From Vulcanimicrobiaceae bacterium (GTDB taxonomy: Bacteria > Vulcanimicrobiota > Vulcanimicrobiia > Vulcanimicrobiales > Vulcanimicrobiaceae), in assembly GCA_046262595.1 (NCBI GenBank), contig JBHEMM010000013.1, positions 3,841 through 15,052 of the forward strand: DNA of 11,212 bases, read 5' to 3'. The position numbers were made by a program, and so were the translations under genes. Positions 1 through 10,060 of this stretch are shown here, piece after piece. Below the pieces are notes generated by a model, which saw nothing but the letters and a program-made list of their open reading frames with translations, was not told the origin of the DNA and searched no databases. The first letter of the stretch is position 1, and each line of letters opens with the position of its first letter.

Positions 1-399
1 CACCAGACCCGTCACATCGGCGGAGTAGCACGTGCGCGGCGAACCCGCCCCGCCGAACGGGCGCTGCGCGATACGGCCGTCCGGCAAGCGTGAGAAGATG
101 CATCCGCGGTGCTCGAGCCAAATGATCTGTCCCGGGGCGTCCTCGCACATGGCCAGAATCGCATCCTGGTCGCCCAGGTAATCCGACCCCTTGGCGGTGT
201 CGAAGGCGTGATTGAGCGGCGAGTCGTCTGCGCGGTTGCCCAGTGCGGCGTTGATGCCGCCTTGAGCCGCGCCCGAATGGCTGCGGACCGGATGCATTTT
301 ACTGACGATAGCCACGTCTGCGCCGCGTTCTGCCGCTTCGACGGCGGCGCGCATGCCGGCTAAGCCCCCGCCGATGACGACGACGTCGTGCTTGATCAT
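1..399 (-). CDS. sdhA: Succinate dehydrogenase/fumarate reductase flavoprotein subunit, N-terminal 133 aa (runs off the window)
   Basis: Manual translation from ATG at 399: MIKHDVVVIGGGLAGMRAAVEAA...HPVRSHSGAAQGGINAALG...KGSDYLGDQDAI...GRIAQRPFGG...RTCYSADVTG. It has the GxGxxG FAD-binding motif and the RSHSxAAQGG covalent-FAD motif (His41). The frame is open to position 1. sdhA and frdA cannot be told apart from this fragment. Confidence 0.93.
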   Translation of the reverse strand, partial: MIKHDVVVIGGGLAGMRAAVEAAERGADVAIVSKMHPVRSHSGAAQGGINAALGNRADDSPLNHAFDTAKGSDYLGDQDAILAMCEDAPGQIIWLEHRGCIFSRLPDGRIAQRPFGGAGSPRTCYSADVTGLV

Positions 400-407
400 T
401 CTCTCTT

Positions 408-414
408 TATACTA
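408..414. promoter_or_regulatory. Candidate symmetric -10 element (TATACTA: TAGTAT on minus towards sdhA, TATACT on plus)
   Basis: AT-rich patch in a GC-rich context that reads TAnnnT on both strands. The minus-strand hexamer (414..409) ends 9 nt before the sdhA ATG. No convincing -35 seen. Confidence 0.4.
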
Positions 415-430
415 CTCCCCTTTCGGGGGT
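414..430 (-). other. Short GNRA-tetraloop hairpin between the cyclase gene and sdhA
   Basis: Minus strand reads AC-CCCC-GAAA-GGGG-A-GT. No U-tract follows, so it is not a canonical intrinsic terminator. Confidence 0.4.
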
Positions 431-439
431 CCCACGATT

Positions 440-1579
440 TTAGTCGGGCGGTGTGAGCGCCGTCGATGCGGCGCGGTTGTAGAAACGGTAGCCGTTCTTG
501 CCGGCCTGTTTGGCGTGGTAGAGCGCCTCGTCGGCCGCGAAGAAGAGCGTTTGCCCTTCTGTGCCGTCGTTCGGGAACATCGCGATGCCGATGGACGTCT
601 GCAGGCCGTTGCGCCGCAGCGCCGCCATGATCCGCTCGACGCCCCGCGTTGCGGCTTCCCGCCCCGTCTTGGCCATGATGAGCACGAATTCGTCGCCAGC
701 ATACCGCGCGACGATGTCGCCTTTGCGCGCCGCCTTTTTTAGGACGTTCGCAAAACGCTTGAGCGCGAGGTCGCCCAAACTGTGCCCGCCCGAGTCGTTG
801 ATCTTTTTGAGGTCGTCCAAATCGAAGATCGCGAAAGCGAACGGCGTGTCATAGCGTTCGGAGGTGTGCAGCTCGCGATCGAGCAGTTCGGTAAGCGCGC
901 GGCGGTTGTGGATGCCCGTGAGCGAGTCGGTGAGCGCGAGGCGCTGCGTCTCTTCAAGCAGCCGCCGCGTCTCTTCATAAAGACGGGCGTTTTCCACCGC
1001 GATCGCCGCTTGCGCCGCAAAGTCGAGCAAGACGCGCAGCTGGTTTTCCGTCACCTCGTCCGAGGGCGGATCGTCCACGTACAGCATGCCGCGTACGACG
1101 TCGCGCGCGACCAGCGGGGCGATGCAGTACGAACGTTTTGCATCCTTTAGCGGCTTGTCCGGGTCGTTCTCGTTACCATAGGCAATCTGAAGCACACCGC
1201 GCGCAACATCGTTCAGCGTCGAGCCGGGCAAGTAGTCGAACGCCTCGGGGGAGTGCTGCACGTTGCCCATGGCGTCGGCTTCGAGGCGCCGGATGATCGT
1301 GCCGTGCTCGTCGACGTCGAAAAGGATCACGCGACCGAATTTCAACGCTTCGCAGACGCCGCGCAGCACCATGGAAAGGATATCGTTGATGTCGAGCGTC
1401 GAATTGATCGTAGAGAAGACCTGCTGCAGCACGAAGAGCTCGGCGTTTTGCTGCGCGTATTCGTCCCGCTCGGCCTCGAGCATGGCAATGCGCGAATGAA
1501 GGCGCTCGATCTCCAAAAGAAGATCGGCCTTCCCGGTGATGTGGAGGGCCGGCGGTGCGGCCTCCCGGGACAGGTTCAC
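440..1579 (-). CDS. Sensor diguanylate cyclase: N-terminal coiled coil, GAF domain, GGDEF domain (AGDEF variant)
   Basis: GAF hallmarks (INSTLDINDILSMVL..., CIAPLVARDVVRGMLYVD, FAAQAAIAVENARLY), ALTDSLTGIHNRR, FDLDDLKKINDSGGHSLGD, RKGD I-site, RYAGDEF, ADEALYHAKQAGKN. No obvious TM segment. Start uncertain: GTG 1579 (AAGGG 5 nt upstream) or GTG 1585. Confidence 0.92.
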   Translation of the reverse strand: MNLSREAAPPALHITGKADLLLEIERLHSRIAMLEAERDEYAQQNAELFVLQQVFSTINSTLDINDILSMVLRGVCEALKFGRVILFDVDEHGTIIRRLEADAMGNVQHSPEAFDYLPGSTLNDVARGVLQIAYGNENDPDKPLKDAKRSYCIAPLVARDVVRGMLYVDDPPSDEVTENQLRVLLDFAAQAAIAVENARLYEETRRLLEETQRLALTDSLTGIHNRRALTELLDRELHTSERYDTPFAFAIFDLDDLKKINDSGGHSLGDLALKRFANVLKKAARKGDIVARYAGDEFVLIMAKTGREAATRGVERIMAALRRNGLQTSIGIAMFPNDGTEGQTLFFAADEALYHAKQAGKNGYRFYNRAASTALTPPD

Positions 1580-1588
1580 GCCCACCCT

Positions 1589-1595
1589 TACTGTA
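1589..1595. promoter_or_regulatory. Candidate bidirectional -10 element (TACTGTA) shared by the cyclase gene and dnaE
   Basis: Lies in the palindrome TTACTGTAA (1588-1596) in the short divergent gap. TACTGT on plus (1589-1594) and TACAGT on minus (1595..1590) both fit TAnnnT. Confidence 0.42.
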
Positions 1596-1646
1596 ACGTC
1601 TGTAGCCGCCGTTTTCTTTAGTGATAGGGGTCTACGCAGCCGTTCC

Positions 1647-5083
<3,437 letters not shown>

Positions 5084-5087
<4 letters not shown>

Positions 5088-6223
5088 GGCTGCCCGCGGG
5101 CGTGCGGGATTGGCTTCCGCAAGAGTTTGCGTACAAACGCGAGATCGAGGAGACGATCCGCGAAGTGTTCCGCACGTGGTCGTATTCCGAGGTGCTCACG
5201 CCGACGTTCGAGAGTGAAGAAGCGCTCGTGCGCGGGCTGGGCGAGAAACTGATGCAGCAGACGTTCCGCTTCGCGGATCCTCTCGGCGCCTCACTGGCGC
5301 TGCGCACGGAGATGACGACGCCGATCGCGCGCGTGGTGTCGGCGCGCCTTCGCAGCGCGTCGCTGCCGCTGCGCCTCTCGTACGTCGCGAGCGCGTACCG
5401 CTACGAAGAGCCGCAACTGGGGCGCATGCGCGAGTTCACCCAGGCCGGTGCGGAGCTGATCGGCGGCCCCGGCATCGACGCCGAGGCCGAGGCGCTGTTC
5501 ATGGCGGTGGAAACGCTCGATGCGGTGGGATTGAGCGACGCGGGGTTCGACATCAACAATGCGGCGATCGTTGACGGCGTGCTCGCGTCTGCCGGGTTGT
5601 CCGGCGAGGCGCTGCACGCAACGAAGAAACTGATTGCGGGCCGTAACGTCGTGGCGATAGACGATCCGGCGATCCGCGAGCTTACGATGATGCGCGGGCG
5701 GCAGGACGTGCTCGATCTGGTGCGCCCGCTGTGCGGAACGCCCGAGTCGCTGGAGGCACTCGGCCGTCTCGAACGTCTGCTGCAACGCGCGAAGGCGCTC
5801 GGCTACGAAGAACGGATCAATATCGATTTCGCGCTGCTGCGCGATCTGGAATACTACACCGGTTTCGTGTTCGAAGGCTACATCGCGGATCTGGGCTTTT
5901 CACTCTGCGGCGGCGGGCGGTACGACAATCTGCTTCCGCGATTCGGCTACGACGTTCCCGCCGTCGGCTGGATGGTCGGCGTCGAGCGCATTCTTTTGGC
6001 CCTGGAGCGCCGCCGGGAAGACGATCGCCCGCGTACCGAGGTGGACGTGCTCGTCAGCGGCTCCGACGGCGCCGCCGCGCAAGAACGTGCGCGCGGTCTG
6101 TCCGTTCGCGTGGATGTGCGCGGCATGGATCGCGAAGCGTTGCTTGCGTACGCGCGGCACAAACGCATTCCGCGCGTGATCATCGGCGGCGAGCACGGCT
6201 CCGAAGAGATCGTGCTGCCGTGA
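5084..6223 (+). CDS. hisZ: ATP phosphoribosyltransferase regulatory subunit
   Basis: HisRS-like: MRLPAGVRDWLP, LALRTEMTTPIAR, REFTQAGAELIG, LEYYTGFVFE, GGGRYDNL. It sits directly upstream of a short-form hisG. ATGA overlap with the dnaE stop (5084-5087). Confidence 0.94.
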
Positions 6224-6858
6224 ATGAGGCGCCGATCGTCATAGCGATGCCGAAGGGCGCGTTGTATGGCCCGTCGGCGCGTTTACTGCGTGAAGCGGGC
6301 ATCGAAGTCCCCGCGGAAACGGGGCGGCGCCTGACGCTTGCGAGCAGCGACGGAAAAGCCGAGTTGCTGCTGTTGCGTCCGACGGATGTCCCGGCGTACG
6401 TTGAGTTCGGCGCCGCGGATTGCGGAATTGTCGGCAAAGACGTGCTCTGGGAAACGGACCGATCCGTGAGCGAAATTGCCGATCTGCAGTTCGGCGCGTG
6501 CCGCCTGGTCGTCGCCGCGCGGCGCGAAGACCGCTATCACGAAGGCGCTCGCTATCCGACGTTTCTGCGCGTCGCGACGAAGTTCAAGCGATCCGCACAA
6601 TCGTACTTTTCCGAACGGGATCTTCCTTGCGAGATCATTGCGCTGCATGGCTCCGTCGAGCTCGCGCCGCTGGTCGGGCTTTCGGACGTGATCGTCGACT
6701 TGGTCGCAACCGGCAATACGCTGCGCGAGCACGACATGGTCGTCGTCGACGAGATAGCGAAATCCACGGCGCGCTTCGTGGTGAATCCGGTGCGTTTTCG
6801 CGCGAAATACAAGCGGCTGCGCGAATTCGCGGACCGCTTGCGCGCCGCGGCCGTATGA
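6220..6858 (+). CDS. hisG: ATP phosphoribosyltransferase, short form (212 aa)
   Basis: IAMPKG, RPTDVPAYVEFGAADCGIVGKD, RVATKF, LHGSVELAPLVGLSDVIVDLVATGNTLREH. It lacks the C-terminal regulatory domain, which fits HisZ dependence. GTGA overlap with the hisZ stop. Confidence 0.96.
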   Translation: MNEAPIVIAMPKGALYGPSARLLREAGIEVPAETGRRLTLASSDGKAELLLLRPTDVPAYVEFGAADCGIVGKDVLWETDRSVSEIADLQFGACRLVVAARREDRYHEGARYPTFLRVATKFKRSAQSYFSERDLPCEIIALHGSVELAPLVGLSDVIVDLVATGNTLREHDMVVVDEIAKSTARFVVNPVRFRAKYKRLREFADRLRAAAV

Positions 6859-8135
6859 CGCTGCGCATCACCGAGGCGTCGGACGCGCGAGCGTTGGATG
6901 GGCTGTACCGCAGAGGATGGTTTGTCGAGCCGGAGGTGAGCGCAGCCGTGGCACAAATTCTTGCCGCCGTCCGGGAGCGCAGCGACGATGCAGTCATCGC
7001 GTACGCGCGGCAATTCGATGCGCCTCATTTTACGGACGGGCAGATACGCGTGCCCGTTGCAGCGGCGGCGGACCTGCGGCGCGCGATTCCGGCGGCGGTC
7101 GGCGATGCGCTCGATATCGCTGCCGATCGCGTCCGCGCCTTTCATGCGCGCCAACTGACCGCCGATGTCGAGTATACGGATCCGGACGGCACGGCGTACG
7201 CTTTGCTGAACCGGCCGCTCGGCGCAATTGCGGCGTACGTGCCGGGCGGTACTGCAGTGCTGCCGTCATCCGTCATTATGACGGCGGTGCCTGCCAAAGT
7301 TGCGGGCGTCGGACGCGTTGCCGTTTTTACGCCTCCCGCGCGCGATGGGACGGTGCCGCCGGCCGTGCGTTACGCGTGCGCGCTGTGCAACGTTGACGAG
7401 CTCTATGCCGTAGGCGGCGCGCAGGCGATTGCGGCTGCGGCGTACGGCACGCAGCGCATCGCGCCGTTCGACAAAATCGTTGGCCCGGGGAACCGGTGGG
7501 TCACAGAAGCAAAACGCCAGATTTTCGGCGTGTGCGGCATCGACGGTTTAGCGGGCCCTTCGGAGGTGCTCGTCGTCGCCGATGAATCGTGCGATCCGGC
7601 GTTGGCCGCTTCCGAGATGCTCGCGCAGGCGGAACACGATCCGTTCGCGCGTGTTGCGGCCGTCTCGGAGTCGCGCGACGTTTTGCAGGCGTGTCTGATG
7701 CACTTGGAGCGGCGTGAGAAGACCGGGCGCGATGACGTCGTGCGCGGCGTGCTCGAGCGCTCAACGTATGTGATTCATGCGCGCGGCCGGGCAGAAATCT
7801 TCTCGGTCATCCAGCGCTTCGCGCCCGAGCATCTGGCACTGTTCGTGCGCGCGCCGCGCGAATTTTTGCCGCATTTGCAAAGTGTCGGCGCCGTCTTCTG
7901 CGGAGCAGCGACGCCGGTGGCATGGGGAGACTATCTGGCGGGCACAAACCACGTGCTGCCGACTTCGGGGGCCGCGCGCTTTTCGTCGGGATTGCGTACG
8001 GCCGACTTTCTGCGAACGTTCAGCGTCCTTGAGAACAGCGCGAAACGGGCGAAGGACGATGCGGCGCACGTGGCGGCGCTCGCCACGTTTGAAGGCCTGC
8101 CGAACCACGCGCGCACGGCGGAGCAGCGCGCTTGA
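6855..8135 (+). CDS. hisD: Histidinol dehydrogenase
   Basis: YVPGGTA, GGAQAIAAAAYG, DKIVGPGNRWV, IDGLAGPSEV, AQAEHD, APEHL, GDYLAGTNHVLPT, EGLPNHA: zinc-ligand and catalytic motifs are present. ATGA overlap with the hisG stop. Confidence 0.97.
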   Translation: MTLRITEASDARALDGLYRRGWFVEPEVSAAVAQILAAVRERSDDAVIAYARQFDAPHFTDGQIRVPVAAAADLRRAIPAAVGDALDIAADRVRAFHARQLTADVEYTDPDGTAYALLNRPLGAIAAYVPGGTAVLPSSVIMTAVPAKVAGVGRVAVFTPPARDGTVPPAVRYACALCNVDELYAVGGAQAIAAAAYGTQRIAPFDKIVGPGNRWVTEAKRQIFGVCGIDGLAGPSEVLVVADESCDPALAASEMLAQAEHDPFARVAAVSESRDVLQACLMHLERREKTGRDDVVRGVLERSTYVIHARGRAEIFSVIQRFAPEHLALFVRAPREFLPHLQSVGAVFCGAATPVAWGDYLAGTNHVLPTSGAARFSSGLRTADFLRTFSVLENSAKRAKDDAAHVAALATFEGLPNHARTAEQRA

Positions 8136-8935
8136 TGCAGCCGCTCCTGGTGGCGCTGGATCTGGACGGAACGCTTGTCGGTACATCGCTGCAGATCCGC
8201 CCGCGCGTCCTTGAAGCGGTTGCCGCGATGCGAGCCAAAGGCGTTCAAGGCTGCGTTGTGACCGGCCGGATGTACCGCGCGGCGCTGCCCTTCGTGCGCG
8301 GCTTGCGCTTTACGGCGCCCGTCGTCTGCTATCAAGGCGCCGCAGTGATCGATCCGCAGAGCGACGACGTGCTCCAAGACGTACCGCTGCCCAACCGCGA
8401 AGCCCTTTTGCTTGAAGCCTACGCGCGCGAACAGGGCTTGCACGTTCAGCTCTATGCCAACGACCGCTATTACAGCGAGACGTTAAACGCTTACGTCGAA
8501 CTTTACGCGAGTATTTCCGGTATTCAACCCGTGCTCGTTCCCTCGCTAGCCCGGCAGTTCGAAACCTGGGGCGCGACGAAAGGCTGCATCATCGCCGAGC
8601 CGGAGATCGTCCTCGAACATTTGCCGCGCGTGCAGGCGCTCCTGGAGGGTCGCGCATACGTCACCCGCAGCATACCGTATTTTCTGGAAGTGATGAACGT
8701 GCGCGTGAACAAAGGCCGCTCGCTGGACATCGTCGCGAATCACTTGAACGTGCCGCTGGATCGCGTCTTGGCTATCGGCGATTCCTGGAACGATGCGCCG
8801 CTGCTGCAGGCGGCCGGGTTCGGCGTTGCAATGGGCTCGGCGCCCGAGGAGCTGCGCGTGGTCGCCGACGCGATCGTCGCGGATGTCGAGAACGACGGCG
8901 TGGCGGAAGCCATTGAACGGTTCGTGCTCGCGTGA
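8135..8935 (+). CDS. Cof-type HAD-superfamily subfamily IIB hydrolase (phosphatase)
   Basis: Motif I DLDGT, motif II VTGR, motif III NKG, motif IV GDSWND, AMG, and C-terminal ENDGVAEAIERF. Start is ATG 8135 (TGATG overlap) or TTG 8132; GGAG at 8120-8123. Confidence 0.93.
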   Translation: MQPLLVALDLDGTLVGTSLQIRPRVLEAVAAMRAKGVQGCVVTGRMYRAALPFVRGLRFTAPVVCYQGAAVIDPQSDDVLQDVPLPNREALLLEAYAREQGLHVQLYANDRYYSETLNAYVELYASISGIQPVLVPSLARQFETWGATKGCIIAEPEIVLEHLPRVQALLEGRAYVTRSIPYFLEVMNVRVNKGRSLDIVANHLNVPLDRVLAIGDSWNDAPLLQAAGFGVAMGSAPEELRVVADAIVADVENDGVAEAIERFVLA

Positions 8936-9669
8936 CACGCAGGAAGCGGAAAAAGAAAACGGCCGCATTGGCGCTGCGTCCGTTTTGGTTCATCTTTTTT
9001 GTTTTAGCGGTTGCGGCCGTTGCGGGCGGATTCTACGCCGCCGCATGGCCAGGGTTCTACGCTCATACGGTGCGCATTACCGGCAACCGTATCGTGCCCG
9101 CCGGCCAAATCGGGGCGCGCGCGCAAATAGCAACGCACACCAACGTGTGGCTTCAGGACATGGCTGCAGCAGCGGCGCGCGTGCGCGCGATACCCTACAT
9201 CGATGCCGTGCGGATCCACCGTTCGCTGCCTGCGCACGTCACAATTGCCGTGACCGAGCGCGTACCCTCCGCTGTGCTGCAAGGCAATGGCTCGCGCGTT
9301 TTCGTGGACTCGGCGCTGCGGGTTCTTCAGGCGGCGACGGGGGATTCGGCGCTGCCGGTGATTTATGCGCGCGTGCCGCTACCGGCTCCCGGTGCGTTCG
9401 TGAGAGACGCGGACGTTCAGCGCTTGCGCAACGACGCGGCGCGGTTGGCGCAGGCGCACGTCATCGTGCGCAGCGTGCAATACGACACGTACGGCGACTT
9501 AATCGCCGTCATGAGCGGCGGCGTCCGCCTGCTGCTCGGCGATGACGCGGATCTGGCGCAGAAGAGTACACTGGTCGCGCCGATTCTCTCGCAGCTCTCG
9601 GCGCAGGGACGCCGCATCGCGGCTATCGATCTGCGCGCGCCGAAGACCCCCGTCGTTCAGTACCGCTAA
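8932..9669 (+). CDS. ftsQ: Cell division protein FtsQ/DivIB family (POTRA domain)
   Basis: Basic N-tail (MTRRKRKKK), one TM helix (FWFIFFVLAVAAVAGGFYAAAW), POTRA pattern (VRITGNRIV...IPYIDAVRIHRSLPAHVTIAVTERVP) and C-terminal IDLR..P motif. GTGA overlap with the HAD stop. Confidence 0.85.
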   Translation: MTRRKRKKKTAALALRPFWFIFFVLAVAAVAGGFYAAAWPGFYAHTVRITGNRIVPAGQIGARAQIATHTNVWLQDMAAAAARVRAIPYIDAVRIHRSLPAHVTIAVTERVPSAVLQGNGSRVFVDSALRVLQAATGDSALPVIYARVPLPAPGAFVRDADVQRLRNDAARLAQAHVIVRSVQYDTYGDLIAVMSGGVRLLLGDDADLAQKSTLVAPILSQLSAQGRRIAAIDLRAPKTPVVQYR

Positions 9670-9700
9670 AAAGAAGAGGCCCGCCGGATGCGCAGCCTCT
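9668..9700 (-). terminator. Intrinsic terminator for the minus-strand transcript, between convergent genes
   Basis: AGAGGC (9675-9680) pairs with GCCTCT (9695-9700), with inner CGC/GCG pairing. On minus it is followed by TCTTTTT. There is no U-tract on plus. Confidence 0.7.
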
Positions 9701-9726
9701 GGATGGTTTGCTGTGCGTCAGGCGCA

Positions 9727-10005
9727 CTAGCACTTGTAGACGGCGACGTATCCTTTAATGAGCGACATCATGATACTGTCGTTCGCCTTGCACTTATCGA
9801 AAACGACATGCGACCGGTCGGTCGTCAGCTGTGCTTCCATGCCGTTCTCCATTTTTACCAGGATGTGCTTGGTGTCGACGACCTTCTCGACGACGCCTTT
9901 ATAGGTTCCATCGGGAATGAGCGACGGGTCGACGGTGGCCGCCAGAACGGCCGCAGGCGCCGCCAGCGTGGTCAACAGAGCTGCGAAGGTGAGAATTTTA
10001 CGCAC
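9727..10005 (-). CDS. Small secreted hypothetical protein (92 aa, signal peptide, two Cys)
   Basis: GTG at 10005 with GGAG 5 nt upstream. MRKILTFAALLTTLAAPAAVLA is a typical Sec signal peptide ending V-L-A. The mature part is beta-strand-like (DGTYKGVVEKVVDTKHILVKMENG...). Codons favour G/C third positions, and a terminator follows. Confidence 0.8.
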   Translation of the reverse strand: MRKILTFAALLTTLAAPAAVLAATVDPSLIPDGTYKGVVEKVVDTKHILVKMENGMEAQLTTDRSHVVFDKCKANDSIMMSLIKGYVAVYKC

Positions 10006-10006
10006 G

Positions 10007-10053
10007 TTTTCTCCAGAAAAGGGCAGCAGTGCCATATTCCCGTCCCCGACGGG
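10007..10053 (-). promoter_or_regulatory. Three tandem inverted repeats between the chemoreceptor and the small secreted protein gene
   Basis: On minus: CCCGTC-GGG-GACGGG (10053..10039), GGCA-CTGC-TGCC (10033..10022) and TTTTCT-GG-AGAAAA (10020..10007), the last centred on the RBS. Confidence 0.45.
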
Positions 10054-10060
10054 TTCTAGC

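Noticed and set aside
420..442. Sigma-28-like promoter (TAAA...CCGA) or c-di-GMP riboswitch at the GAAA hairpin
   Set aside because: The TAAA-to-CCGA spacing is about 4 nt too short for sigma-28. The 40-bp gap is too small for the two-stem c-di-GMP-I aptamer and lacks its second stem.
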